A DNA stretch of 64,000 bases from Sedimentisphaerales bacterium. GTDB taxonomy: Bacteria > Planctomycetota > Phycisphaerae > Sedimentisphaerales > Anaerobacaceae. The number at the start of each line of letters is the position of its first letter. Positions within the stretch are counted from its first letter, which is position 1. Of the stretch, positions 51,189 through 61,600 are shown piece by piece. Position numbers and translations under genes: made by a program. The notes under the pieces are model-generated. The model had not been told where the DNA came from. It searched no databases and saw nothing but the letters and a program-made list of their open reading frames with translations. The stretch lies in the NCBI GenBank assembly GCA_963708075.1, contig OY970194.1, positions 128,001-192,000 of the forward strand. Direction: 5' to 3'.

Positions 51189-52262
51189 ATGCGAAAAGCC
51201 TTTACATTGATCGAAGTGGTGGTCTCCCTGGGGATTCTGGCGGTGATCCTGTCGTTCGCCGGAGTCATCTTCAGGGTCAGCGTCGATTCCCAGCGGCTGG
51301 CGATGGCCAACGCCGAGATCATGCAGAAGCTCCGCGTCATCACAGAGCAGTTGGACACCGACTTTCGCGGGCTGTGCGAGGACGGGGAGATCCTGGTTTT
51401 CTGGCGCGCCGCGCACGTCCCCAACTTCATCGGGTCCAACCCGAATCATCCGTCGGCATTCGTGCGATACGACACGATCATGTTCTTCGCCGCCGGCGAC
51501 TGGTATACGTATCGGGCGACTCCTGTCATTCGCGGCAATATGGCGAGAATCTGCTATAGTCTGGCCAACGTTCCGGGGGCTGACCCATTGGACCCGAACC
51601 GGCCGATGGCTCAAAAGCCTTCAAAACGCATGTTGGCGAGAACGCAACACATCCTTACCTCGCCGTCCGGGCCGGTTGATCCGAATGACCCCCTGGGCAT
51701 GCGAGGATTTTCTGACAGCCAGTGGCAGGCTTGGAACAGCACGCAGGAGTACGATGCAATCTCGCTACAGGGATGGCTGCGCATCCCCAACGACATAAAG
51801 GCGGATATCATCTCTGTAATCGGAGACATTGAAGTCAACGTCGGGGTGACCAGCACCAGGTACAAGACGGCCGGGGGAATCATGTTGAACCTCGATCAGC
51901 CTGCGAACTCACTGCACGCCCTTATCTGCGAAGGCGTGGGGCAGTTCAAAGTCCAGGGCTGGAGCGATGTACAGCAGCGATGGATACCGGAGGTGAATCC
52001 GAACGGGGATCTTGACTTGGTAGATGATTCGGATTTCGTTCTCGATGGGGTGAACCTTCACGCCAGGAATATCCCGGGGTTGCGATATCCTGATGGGCCA
52101 GTGACGCTGAGAAACAATCAGAGGACCAGTCTGCGCGGCGTGCCCCTCAGTGATGTTCCCGGGCTTGGACGTGCGCTGAAGTTCACATTCACCTTGTACG
52201 ACTCGAAGGGCCTGATACCGAACGGCAGGACGTTCACGCACATTGTCAGCCTGGACAAGTGA
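51189..52262 (+). CDS. Minor pilin (GspJ/PilW-like)
   Basis: KA|FTLIEV; QLDTDF; C-terminal RALKFTFTLYD…TFTHIV. Confidence 0.75.
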   Translation: MRKAFTLIEVVVSLGILAVILSFAGVIFRVSVDSQRLAMANAEIMQKLRVITEQLDTDFRGLCEDGEILVFWRAAHVPNFIGSNPNHPSAFVRYDTIMFFAAGDWYTYRATPVIRGNMARICYSLANVPGADPLDPNRPMAQKPSKRMLARTQHILTSPSGPVDPNDPLGMRGFSDSQWQAWNSTQEYDAISLQGWLRIPNDIKADIISVIGDIEVNVGVTSTRYKTAGGIMLNLDQPANSLHALICEGVGQFKVQGWSDVQQRWIPEVNPNGDLDLVDDSDFVLDGVNLHARNIPGLRYPDGPVTLRNNQRTSLRGVPLSDVPGLGRALKFTFTLYDSKGLIPNGRTFTHIVSLDK

Positions 52263-52272
52263 CTGGATTACT

Positions 52273-54942
52273 ATGATGGAACGGCATAGACGATCATCAG
52301 CGAGTGTTCATCGTGGCTCGGCCCTCCTCCTGACCGTGATTCTCACGAGCCTGTTGGCCATCGTGGGCGTGCTGTTTCTGATGGCGACGCGCATCGACAA
52401 AATGGCTACTTCGGCGACGGCGGAGAACCGCGAGATCACATTCGCTGTCGATTCCGTCGTAGCACGTATCGCGGAGGAACTGGCCCGGGATGTGCCTCGC
52501 GGCTCGGCCGGCCAGGAGTACCAGGATTTCCCGGATGCGAACGATTCCTGGTTGGCGGACCTGGAGCCGCGCAGGTCGCCGTCGGACCCGAACGTATACC
52601 AATGGGGGCAGATCAGCGACGTCACCGGGTATTTGCAGAGTCATGGATTCGTGATACAAGATGTCAATGTCGATCCGTTCGGCGCAAGCAAGGTCGTCCC
52701 GGAGTACTCCAAGATCGAGGTGACCGGCGGTGGGCAACTGATAGACCGCCAGGCTGCGAATGCCGACGCTGACGGCGATGGCATTGCCGATTCAAAGTGG
52801 ATCGAGTTCGACGGGTTGATGTCGAGCAAGGGCAGGCTGGTATATACGGCCGTGCGGATTGTGGACAATGGCGGGATGCTCAATGTAAATACGGGCTTCG
52901 CGTTTGATCCCACCGATGCCGCGGTCACGGCAGCAGACGTCGATGGACATACGCAGCTCCAGGTGAATCTCCTGGCGATGGACCGCGGTACCGCAGCTTC
53001 CGCGAAGGCAAGACTACTCGGGGCCCGCGCCAACAACACCCCCAGTGCAGCGGCGATGAATCTTGCGCAATATGAACGGGACGTGATCTGGAATTTCGAT
53101 TGGCTGGGAGCCATCTATACTCCGTTCGATCTGTCGGATGAGTTGGAGCTTCGCTATCGCTATTGCGTAAACAGCTCGGGAACCCAGACACGGCTCGAAG
53201 GGATGTGGAGCACGGTGGGCTCGACGGCTGATCTTGTTACAGTGCCTTATGATGGGTATCGGGATGCTCGCCGGCCCCCGGCGACATGGAGGCGGCTTGA
53301 CGACTGGCGTGCGAGAGTCACCAACGAGCCCAACGCAGCCGTGCCGGACGTGCGGCATCTGCTCACCACGTACAACCTGGATCGGATCCTTGCGCCCCAG
53401 TCTGTGTTCAGCGCGACGGGAATCGATCCTGACAAGATGCTGAACGTCAATACGGCAAGCGATGAGGCGCTCAAGCGAGTCATCACGAAGGCCCTGGAAG
53501 GTATGAACCTCGCGGCGTTCGGCGACCCGGCCCAGATCGCCGCTAACATCAAGGACTACATCGACGAGGATGATACCATCACGGTACAATACGGAGCGGT
53601 CACGACCTCTGCGTACTTTGGGTTCGAGCGCCCGTGCATCTACCTTTCGGAGCTGGCCTATAGATCTGTGCGCAATCCGAGCGGGAACACGCCGTACAAG
53701 TCCTTTGCCGTGGAGTTGTGCAGGCCGTACTTTGAGGATTCCGACCCCCAGCCGAATGAGTGGAGGGTTTTCATCGATAACCAGACAGGCGCTGATGTTA
53801 CTCAGGTCTTCACGTGGTCGGGAACGAGACAGTTCCACGTGCTGTTGTCAGAGAATTCCCAAGCCGCCATCACGGCTGATCATGTTTTCTTCGAGGACCT
53901 GAACACGCCGCCCGATCCAACGTTGGTGCCCGGGTACGATCCCACCAGGTACAGCAACCCGTCCACGCAGCCGTTGGATTCCGCGGGTTTCAGCGCCGGC
54001 GCCACGATCGAGCTGCAGCGCAAGGTCAGTGTGAACGGGAGGGATGCATGGCTCCCCGTGGATCAAGTAAGGGTGCCCGCGACGTTCAATCCGGATACGG
54101 CGGATGGGGCGGTTCACAAGCTCCAGAGGGACATCCTGGCGGAGAAATGCATCTTCCGCCTGTGGGGACCGGCCGATCCCAATGCCGGCAAGAGCCTCGG
54201 CAACGGCAACAGCCAGTATAAGAGCGCGGACACCCGCAAGCTTCAGGCGCATCCGGCCAATGGACCGCTGCTCAATATCGGCGAACTGGGCAAGATCTTT
54301 GCCAAGAGCGCGTACAACATACCGGATCCCAATCTGGGCACTCCACCGGCAGAGAGTCTGCTGATCGATGTCAACGAGCCTGTTTACCAGATGCTGTTCA
54401 ACTACCTCACGGTGATCGATCCCACGAGTCGCAACAGCAATCTGCGGCAGGACGAGATGCGGGTGAAGGGCCGGATCAATATCAACACGGCCCCGGTATT
54501 TGTCCTGGCGCAGCTCCCGTGGATGTCCCAGTACCAGGAGACCGTCCCGTTGGAGAGGGCACGCGGCGTCGTTGCGTACCGGAACAGGTGGGGTGCATTC
54601 AAGAACATCGGCGGGCTGATGCTGGTCCCCCAGATGGGGCAGCTTCAGCATGACGGTGTCAATAATCTCTTCGACGTGGGCCCGGCGGCCACCGTGAGGA
54701 GGGGACCCGATCTGACGTTGGATACGGTCACGGACGATACCGAAGAGCGCGACCTGATCTTCACCCGGATCAGCAACCTGGTGACCGTGCGCAGCGACGT
54801 GTTCACAGCATATATCCTGGTCCGGATCGGGCTCGATGGGCCGCAGAAGAGGGTCGTTGCCATCTTCGACAGGGGCCTGACAAAGTCGCCTCGCGATTCG
54901 GTGCGCGTCCTCAGCCTGGAGCAAGTACCCGATCCGCGATGA
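52273..54942 (+). CDS. Large GspK/PilX-like tip pilin
   Basis: RG|SALLL without Glu5; three NVNT/NINT motifs; HhH-like segment; C-terminal TVRSDVF. Confidence 0.8.
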   Translation: MMERHRRSSASVHRGSALLLTVILTSLLAIVGVLFLMATRIDKMATSATAENREITFAVDSVVARIAEELARDVPRGSAGQEYQDFPDANDSWLADLEPRRSPSDPNVYQWGQISDVTGYLQSHGFVIQDVNVDPFGASKVVPEYSKIEVTGGGQLIDRQAANADADGDGIADSKWIEFDGLMSSKGRLVYTAVRIVDNGGMLNVNTGFAFDPTDAAVTAADVDGHTQLQVNLLAMDRGTAASAKARLLGARANNTPSAAAMNLAQYERDVIWNFDWLGAIYTPFDLSDELELRYRYCVNSSGTQTRLEGMWSTVGSTADLVTVPYDGYRDARRPPATWRRLDDWRARVTNEPNAAVPDVRHLLTTYNLDRILAPQSVFSATGIDPDKMLNVNTASDEALKRVITKALEGMNLAAFGDPAQIAANIKDYIDEDDTITVQYGAVTTSAYFGFERPCIYLSELAYRSVRNPSGNTPYKSFAVELCRPYFEDSDPQPNEWRVFIDNQTGADVTQVFTWSGTRQFHVLLSENSQAAITADHVFFEDLNTPPDPTLVPGYDPTRYSNPSTQPLDSAGFSAGATIELQRKVSVNGRDAWLPVDQVRVPATFNPDTADGAVHKLQRDILAEKCIFRLWGPADPNAGKSLGNGNSQYKSADTRKLQAHPANGPLLNIGELGKIFAKSAYNIPDPNLGTPPAESLLIDVNEPVYQMLFNYLTVIDPTSRNSNLRQDEMRVKGRININTAPVFVLAQLPWMSQYQETVPLERARGVVAYRNRWGAFKNIGGLMLVPQMGQLQHDGVNNLFDVGPAATVRRGPDLTLDTVTDDTEERDLIFTRISNLVTVRSDVFTAYILVRIGLDGPQKRVVAIFDRGLTKSPRDSVRVLSLEQVPDPR

Positions 54943-54952
54943 TGGGCGGCGG

Positions 54953-55765
54953 CTACGCGCTCATCAACTGGATAAGCCTGGGATGGGTCTTGCGGTTGGC
55001 CACCACGATCTGAAAGGTCTGGCCCTCGTACTGATCGAGGTCGATCGGGAACAGCTTCTCTCCCTTCCAGTCGGTTATGACAGCTTCTGCCGCTTCTGCA
55101 ATCACGACTCCGGCGGCGATATCCCACAGCTTCGGCGTACAGCCCACGGCGGCCACCAATCCGCCCCGCGCCACATACGCCATGTGCAGGGCCGTCGTGC
55201 CGAAGTTGCGAAATCGCGATACCTTGATGATCTCGCATGCCCAGGGCGGAACCTCGTCGAAGTGGCTGTCAAGGCCGACGCTGGTGATCGGCCCGATCAG
55301 TTCCTCCCCTGCGACAATGCGCCTGCCGTCCAACTGGGCATCCCCTCCCTTGACGGCGGTGAACATGTTCTCTGTGGCGGGCTGGAAGATGACGCCGACG
55401 ATTGGCTCGCCCTCATACAGGGCGGCGACGCTGACGGCGAATATCGGTACGCCATGGGCGTAGTTATTCGTGCCGTCGATCGGGTCGATCGCCCACCAGA
55501 TGGCGGGCTCGCCCTGCGGCGGCCGTTTGAATAGCCTGCCCTTCTCGCCCTCCTCGGCGATGAAGCCGTGGTCGGGATAGGTCTCCCGGATTCGCTGGAT
55601 GATGATCTGCTGGCACTCCGCGTCGGCTCGGGTAACCAATTCGGTGTCGCTCTTTCGGACGGCTTGGACGTAATTCATCTGTTCCATCGCGTGCTGGCCG
55701 GCCAGGCGAGCGGCCACGATGGCGGTTTCCAGGATTTGACTTAAGTCTTTTTGTTCCAAGGACAT
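54953..55765 (-). CDS. Inositol monophosphatase family protein
   Basis: LVTRAD, AEE, WAIDPIDGTNN, WDIAAG. Confidence 0.92.
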   Translation of the reverse strand: MSLEQKDLSQILETAIVAARLAGQHAMEQMNYVQAVRKSDTELVTRADAECQQIIIQRIRETYPDHGFIAEEGEKGRLFKRPPQGEPAIWWAIDPIDGTNNYAHGVPIFAVSVAALYEGEPIVGVIFQPATENMFTAVKGGDAQLDGRRIVAGEELIGPITSVGLDSHFDEVPPWACEIIKVSRFRNFGTTALHMAYVARGGLVAAVGCTPKLWDIAAGVVIAEAAEAVITDWKGEKLFPIDLDQYEGQTFQIVVANRKTHPRLIQLMSA

Positions 55766-55820
55766 AGATACCTCTGCTGCGATCATTGACAGGTTTCCGG
55801 GCTTGTTCTATTCTACAGTC

Positions 55821-56291
55821 ATGCCGGACGTACGCCAACAAACAAATCACGGCCGGAGAATCCGCCGGGCTTCGCCAAGACAGCGTATGATCGCAGGGCT
55901 GTTCGCTCTGGGCGTCTTTGCCCTGTTTGGGAGCCTGTGGCTGCTGCAGCGGGTCGGCTTCGATTTCGGGTTGATCTTTCCGCTTTGCGGCGTGAAGCAG
56001 AGATGGGGCTTGACATGCCCGACCTGCGGGATGACGACCTCCGTGCTTGCCTTTGCCCGCGGAGACCTAGTCACCGCCTTCTACGTCCAGCCCGCGGCGG
56101 CCTTTCTGAATTCCCTGCTGGTCGCGGGGGCATTTTTTGCTTTCCTCATCGCCGTGTCCGGCGTATATTTCAGGGCCCTGGACCGGCTGTTCGCCGAGAT
56201 CAGGATCAGGCACGTGGTCGTGGGTCTGCTCATTATCCTCGCTGCCGGCTGGGCCGTGACATTGGCCCGCGCGATAGCGGCACAGACCTGA
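55821..56291 (+). CDS. DUF2752-like membrane protein
   Basis: C…GLTCPTCGMTTS…AF..QP with three TM segments. Confidence 0.75.
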   Translation: MPDVRQQTNHGRRIRRASPRQRMIAGLFALGVFALFGSLWLLQRVGFDFGLIFPLCGVKQRWGLTCPTCGMTTSVLAFARGDLVTAFYVQPAAAFLNSLLVAGAFFAFLIAVSGVYFRALDRLFAEIRIRHVVVGLLIILAAGWAVTLARAIAAQT

Positions 56292-56321
56292 GTGGACGAT
56301 AATTGTTGAGGGACTTGGAGC

Positions 56322-57917
56322 ATGAGCATGGTCAGAGTGTTGATCACAGACAAACTGGCGAAGGAAGGAATCGACTTGATTAACGCCACGGAAGGGGCGG
56401 AAGCCGTCGTCAAAATCGGAATTCCCGAAGACGAACTGGCGAATATCATCCGCGATTACGACGGCCTGATTGTGCGCAGCGAGACGAAGGTAACGGCCAA
56501 GGTTCTCGCCAATCCGGGCCGGCTCAAGGGCGTGGCGCGGGCGGGCGTCGGCGTGGACAACATCGATGTGCCTGCCGCCACACGTAAGGGCATCCTGGTG
56601 ATGAATACGCCGGGCGGCAATACGCTCAGCGCCGCCGAGCACACGATGGCCCTCATGCTGGCCATGAGCCGAAACGTCGTTCAGGCGTGCAACAGCCTCA
56701 AGTCCGGCGCCTGGGATCGCAAGAAATACATAGGCAACCAGCTCAACAACAAGATCCTCGGCATCATCGGCCTGGGTCGGATCGGGATGGCCGTGGCGAA
56801 AATGGCTCGCGGGTTCAATATGAAGATCCTGGGCTACGATCCACTGGCGGCGCCCACGGATGCCGGGGAGTTTGGCGTTCAGGTGACCGACGATGTCACG
56901 CGGATCTTCCGGGAATCGGATTTCATCACGGTGCATGTGCCGAAGAACCCGCAGACACTGAATATGATCAACGCGGACCAGATCGGGATGATGAAGCCAA
57001 CCGTGCGGCTGATCAACTGTGCCCGGGGCGGCATCATCAATGAGAGTGCCCTGTATGATGCGCTGGCCAAAAAGCGGATCGCCGGGGCGGCCCTGGACGT
57101 GTTCTCGACCGAGCCTCCCGAGGACAAGCGATTTTCGGGACTCGACAACTGCATCGTCACCCCGCACCTGGGGGCCAGCACCGAAGAGGCGCAGGTGGAG
57201 GTGGCGGTCGAAGCGGCCCAGATCCTGCTGGACGCCATCAATGGCGGCCCGATTCGAAACGCGGTCAACGCGCCGTCCACAGCCGGCGCCATGCCTCCGC
57301 TCGTGCGCAAGTATGCGGAGCTTACCCGCCGGGTCGGCAAGATGCTGAGCATCATCGCACCCGGAAGCATCAAGGGCGTCCAGGTCCAGTACCGCGGAAC
57401 GATTGGCGGGATGAGCATCGAAGCCGCTACATTGAACTTCGCCATGGGGCTGCTCCAAAGGCATTTTGACATGCCGCTGAACATGGTGAACACGCCGGTG
57501 CTCGCCAAGGAGCGCGGCATCAGCATCGATGAGACGAAGAACGCGGAACCTCGGGATGTTGCCTCGAGCTTCAGCGCGACGGTAGTCACCAGTGAAGTCA
57601 CGCGGACGGTCAGAGGGTCCGTGTTCGGCGAAACGCTGCTTCGCATCATTGAGATCGACGACTTCCATGTCGAGATGACGCCGCAGGGCACTGTGCTGGT
57701 GATCTTCAACGACGACAAGCCCGGCGTGATCGGCTCCGTCGGCACAATCCTCGGCAGGCACGGCATCAACATCGGCACCATGGGCGTCGGGCAGAAGCTC
57801 GAATTGCAGAAGGCGATCCTGGCGGTAAGCCTCGACAAGGAACCTGATGCGGCTACGGTCGAAGAACTCCGCAAGCTCGATTTCGTCAACGAACTCCACA
57901 TTTGCTCGCTCGACTGA
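56322..57917 (+). CDS. serA: D-3-phosphoglycerate dehydrogenase
   Basis: RAGVGVDN, GLGRIG, NCARG, TPHLGAST; ASB and ACT domains (DKPGVIG). Confidence 0.95.
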   Translation: MSMVRVLITDKLAKEGIDLINATEGAEAVVKIGIPEDELANIIRDYDGLIVRSETKVTAKVLANPGRLKGVARAGVGVDNIDVPAATRKGILVMNTPGGNTLSAAEHTMALMLAMSRNVVQACNSLKSGAWDRKKYIGNQLNNKILGIIGLGRIGMAVAKMARGFNMKILGYDPLAAPTDAGEFGVQVTDDVTRIFRESDFITVHVPKNPQTLNMINADQIGMMKPTVRLINCARGGIINESALYDALAKKRIAGAALDVFSTEPPEDKRFSGLDNCIVTPHLGASTEEAQVEVAVEAAQILLDAINGGPIRNAVNAPSTAGAMPPLVRKYAELTRRVGKMLSIIAPGSIKGVQVQYRGTIGGMSIEAATLNFAMGLLQRHFDMPLNMVNTPVLAKERGISIDETKNAEPRDVASSFSATVVTSEVTRTVRGSVFGETLLRIIEIDDFHVEMTPQGTVLVIFNDDKPGVIGSVGTILGRHGINIGTMGVGQKLELQKAILAVSLDKEPDAATVEELRKLDFVNELHICSLD

Positions 57918-57920
57918 TTT

Positions 57921-59297
57921 ATGGCGGAAGATCTCATCATCAGCGTCAGCGGGATGAGAGGGATTGTCGGCAAGAGCCTCACCCCGGTAGTCGCGGCGGA
58001 GTACGGAGCCGTATTCGGCACGTTTCTCAAGGAGAGCATTGATACCGGGGGCGAACGATTCTCGGTCTGCGTGGGGCGCGATTCTCGCGTCAGCGGCCCG
58101 ATGCTGGCGTCGGCTCTGGCTGCCGGCCTGTGCGCCACGGGTATCGATGTCATCGACCTCGGGATCGTGACAACTCCCGGCGTGGGCATCATGGTACGTG
58201 AGCTCGGTTGCGAGGGCGGGATCGTCATTACCGCCTCTCACAATCCGATCCCGTACAACGGGATCAAGCTTCTGCTCGGCAACGGGATGGCGCCGCCGGT
58301 GGATACGGCGGAGACGATCCGGCAGCAATTCCTCGCCAGGCATTTCCACTTTGTAGAATCGATCCGGTGTGGGCGGATCGCCTCCAGCGATCAGACGGAC
58401 CGCGTGCATATCGACAAGGTGCTGGCCATCATCAATAAGAAGCAAATCGCCGGCAAACGCTATAAGGTCGTGCTCGACAGCATCAACGGAGCCGGGGCAA
58501 GGGTCACCAAGAAGCTGCTGGCTGAGCTTGGCTGCACAGTGGTGGCGATCAATGACGAGCCTACGGGGCTCTTCGCACATGAGCCTGAGCCGACGGCGGC
58601 GAATCTGACCGGGCTGTGTAAATGGGTGAAGCAGGAGAGGGCGGATCTGGGTTTTGCTCAGGACCCCGACGCGGACCGGCTGGCTATTGTCGATGAGAAG
58701 GGCACGTACATCGGCGAGGAGTATACCCTCGCGTTGGCCGCAAGACATGTGTTTGCGACCAACGGCGGCATTGCGGCCGCGAACCTGTCCACCTCGCGAA
58801 TGATCGACGACGTCGCTCGCCGTGCGGGCGCTCGCGTGATCCGTACTCCGGTAGGCGAGGCCAATGTCGCCAACGCCATGCTCGACCACAAGTGCGTCAT
58901 CGGCGGCGAGGGCAATGGCGGCGTGATCGATCTGCGGGTGGGTCCGATCCGTGACAGCCTCGTCGGAATCGCGCTGGTTCTGCAATTGATGACTGAGACG
59001 GGTAAGACCATCAGCCAACTGGTGCAGGAGATCGGCAGTTATTCCATGCACAAGGACAAGTTTGCCGCTGACTCAAAGCAGGCAGCGAGGATTATGGCAT
59101 TGGCCGCCGAGAGATTTACCGACGCCGCACTGGATACCTCCGACGGCTGCCGGTTCGATTTTCCGGACGGCTGGATTCATCTTCGCACGAGCAATACAGA
59201 GCCTGTCATGAGGGTGATCGTGGAGGCCAGGGACGAACCCACGGCTCGCCGGTACATCGAGGCCGTCTCGGAAATACGCAGGTCCGTCCTGGGATGA
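57921..59297 (+). CDS. Phosphohexomutase (PMM/PGM/GlmM family)
   Basis: TASHNP, DPDADR, GGEGNGG, RTSNTEP. Confidence 0.9.
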   Translation: MAEDLIISVSGMRGIVGKSLTPVVAAEYGAVFGTFLKESIDTGGERFSVCVGRDSRVSGPMLASALAAGLCATGIDVIDLGIVTTPGVGIMVRELGCEGGIVITASHNPIPYNGIKLLLGNGMAPPVDTAETIRQQFLARHFHFVESIRCGRIASSDQTDRVHIDKVLAIINKKQIAGKRYKVVLDSINGAGARVTKKLLAELGCTVVAINDEPTGLFAHEPEPTAANLTGLCKWVKQERADLGFAQDPDADRLAIVDEKGTYIGEEYTLALAARHVFATNGGIAAANLSTSRMIDDVARRAGARVIRTPVGEANVANAMLDHKCVIGGEGNGGVIDLRVGPIRDSLVGIALVLQLMTETGKTISQLVQEIGSYSMHKDKFAADSKQAARIMALAAERFTDAALDTSDGCRFDFPDGWIHLRTSNTEPVMRVIVEARDEPTARRYIEAVSEIRRSVLG

Positions 59298-59423
59298 ATC
59301 CGACGCTCGCTATTGTGACGGGACCTTCTCTTCAGTTGTGCCTGTGTCACATATTTACAGCATCGGCGCGCTGCCTGCTCCGAGACGGATGGCCCAGCCA
59401 GGATTGCCTGCGGCGGAAAACTG

Positions 59424-59452
59424 TTGCAGGCGGACCGCAAAAGAAATAGAAT
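59424..59452 (+). promoter_or_regulatory. Putative sigma70 promoter of the acyl-CoA synthetase operon
   Basis: TTGCAG-N17-TAGAAT. Confidence 0.55.
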
Positions 59453-59499
59453 ACACCACTTCGCGGAGAGGATCTTGCGCAGGAAAGGATAAAAGCAGC

Positions 59500-61599
59500 A
59501 TGGGTCTTGAGAGTTTCTTTAACCCGAAGTCGGTCGCGATTGTTGGCGCCTCCCGCCAGAAGGGCAAGGTGGGCTATGAGATTCTCGCCAACATGATTGC
59601 GGGCGGCTACGCGGGTGAAATTTTCCCGATCAATCCGAACACCGAGTCTATTGAAGGGCTTAAGTGTTTTCCCGACCTCAAGTCGATCGGCCGTGTTCCG
59701 GACCTTGTGATTATCATCGTCCCGGCCAAGTATGTGGCGGGGGTGATGGAAGAATGTGGGAAGATCCGCGTGCGGTCCGTGATCATCATCACTGCCGGCT
59801 TCAAGGAAGTGGGTAAGGAGGGTCGGGAGCTGGAGGAGCAGGTCGTGCGGATCGCCCGCCGGGCGGGGATTCGTTTCATCGGCCCCAACTGCCTGGGCGT
59901 GATCGCTCCGTCACACAAACTCAACGCCAGCTTTGGTGGTGATTTGCCGACGCCCGGAGGAATCGGGTATATTTCCCAATCCGGTGCGCTGCTGGCGGCT
60001 ATCCTGGACCTGGCCAACGCCAGCGGCATCGGCTTCAGTAACCTGGTGAGCATCGGAAACAAGGCGGATGTCGATGAGCTGGACATCATCCAGGCCCTCG
60101 GCTCGCAGAAGGATACGAAGGTCATCGCCGGATACCTCGAAAGCATCACGGATGGCGACGCCTTCGTGCGAGAGGCAGAGGAGATTTCGTACAAGAAGCC
60201 CATCCTCCTGATGAAGTCCGGCGGGACCGAGGCCGGGGCGCGGGCGGCTTCCTCGCATACGGGCAGTCTGGCCGGCGGGGAAGTGGCGTACGAATCGGCC
60301 TTCAAGCGGGCCGGCGTCATTCGCTGCGACTCGATCAAACAGCAGTTCGATTTCGCCCAGGCGTTCGCCAATCAGCCCCTGCCGAAGGGGCCGAGGGTCG
60401 CGGTGATTACCAATGCCGGCGGCCCGGGCATCATGGCCGCCGATGCGATCGAGCAGGAAGGCCTGACATTTTCGAAGCTGGAGGAAGAGACGCGGAAGAA
60501 ACTTACGGAGGGCCTGCCGCCTGCGGCCAACGTGTACAACCCCGTCGATGTGCTGGGCGATGCGCTGGCCGACCGCTACGAGTTTGCCCTCAACATCGTG
60601 CTGGATGACCCGAACGTGGATAGTGCGATCGTGCTGTTGACGCCGCAGGCTATGACGCAGGCGAAAGAGACGGCCGAGGCCGTCGTCCGGATTGCGGGGA
60701 AGAAGGGTAAGTCGGTCCTCGCCTGTTTCCTCGGCGCCCAGAAGGTCGAGGAGGGGGTCCGGATACTGCGAAAAGGCAATATTCCGCAGTATGATTCTCC
60801 TGAAAGCGCCGTGGCCACGCTCAAGGTCATGACGGACCACATCCGGTGGCGCAACAGGCCCAAGCGCGTTGTCCGGCTGTTCCCCGTCAACCGGCGCAAG
60901 GTCGAAAGCATCGTCGAGAGGCACCTGCGCCAGGGGTTACTGGAGATCGGCGAGGCGGAATCCAAAGAAATCCTGGAGGCGTACGGTTTTGCCACGCCGA
61001 AGGGCTCCATCGCCACGACGGCCGAGCAGGCGGCGAACATCGCCCAGCAGCTCGGCTACCCGGTCGTGCTGAAGATCTGGTCACCCGATATCCTGCACAA
61101 ATCGGACGTCGGCGGCGTAAAGGTAGGGTTGAAGAGTGAGCAGGAAGTGAAAGACGCCTTCGACCTGATGATGTACCGCATCCCGAAGAAGCGGCCGGAG
61201 GCGCACATTCTCGGCGTCCTCGTGCAGGAGATGGTCCGCAGCGGCAGGGAAGTGATTCTCGGCATGCACCGGGACTCCCGGTTCGGACCTCTGATGATGT
61301 TCGGCATGGGCGGCATCATGGTGGAAGTCCTGAAGGATGTGTCGTTCTACCTGGCGCCGTTGACCGGTGAGGAAGCCAAGCAAATGCTCATGAGCACCAA
61401 GACGTATCACATCCTCCAGGGCGTGCGAGGCCAGGAGGGCGTCGATATTGAAGCGATCGCTGAGGGATTACAGAGGCTCTCACAATTGGTGACGGAGTTC
61501 CCTCAGATCAAGGAGATGGACATCAACCCGTATGTAGTCGGCGTTCCCGGCACGACCTCGATCGCCGTGGACGCCCGGATTAGCTTAGAGAAGAAATGA
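59500..61599 (+). CDS. NDP-forming acetate/acyl-CoA ligase (fused alpha+beta)
   Basis: GPNCLG, SQSGA, catalytic SSHTGSL, TNAGG, NPVD, ATP-grasp HKSDVGGV, EMDINP. Confidence 0.92.
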   Translation: MGLESFFNPKSVAIVGASRQKGKVGYEILANMIAGGYAGEIFPINPNTESIEGLKCFPDLKSIGRVPDLVIIIVPAKYVAGVMEECGKIRVRSVIIITAGFKEVGKEGRELEEQVVRIARRAGIRFIGPNCLGVIAPSHKLNASFGGDLPTPGGIGYISQSGALLAAILDLANASGIGFSNLVSIGNKADVDELDIIQALGSQKDTKVIAGYLESITDGDAFVREAEEISYKKPILLMKSGGTEAGARAASSHTGSLAGGEVAYESAFKRAGVIRCDSIKQQFDFAQAFANQPLPKGPRVAVITNAGGPGIMAADAIEQEGLTFSKLEEETRKKLTEGLPPAANVYNPVDVLGDALADRYEFALNIVLDDPNVDSAIVLLTPQAMTQAKETAEAVVRIAGKKGKSVLACFLGAQKVEEGVRILRKGNIPQYDSPESAVATLKVMTDHIRWRNRPKRVVRLFPVNRRKVESIVERHLRQGLLEIGEAESKEILEAYGFATPKGSIATTAEQAANIAQQLGYPVVLKIWSPDILHKSDVGGVKVGLKSEQEVKDAFDLMMYRIPKKRPEAHILGVLVQEMVRSGREVILGMHRDSRFGPLMMFGMGGIMVEVLKDVSFYLAPLTGEEAKQMLMSTKTYHILQGVRGQEGVDIEAIAEGLQRLSQLVTEFPQIKEMDINPYVVGVPGTTSIAVDARISLEKK

Positions 61600-61600
61600 C

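Noticed and set aside
54470..54630. ComEA-like HhH segment implying DNA uptake
   Set aside because: GspK-family proteins carry similar NINTA/HhH-like motifs, so this alone does not support competence.
56067..59051. 994-aa minus-strand ORF, and similar long ORFs at 298-1293, 2681-4111, 8112-9545, 10633-12303, 43688-45859 and 61580-63469
   Set aside because: Antisense shadows of well-supported genes in high-GC DNA; no recognisable motifs.
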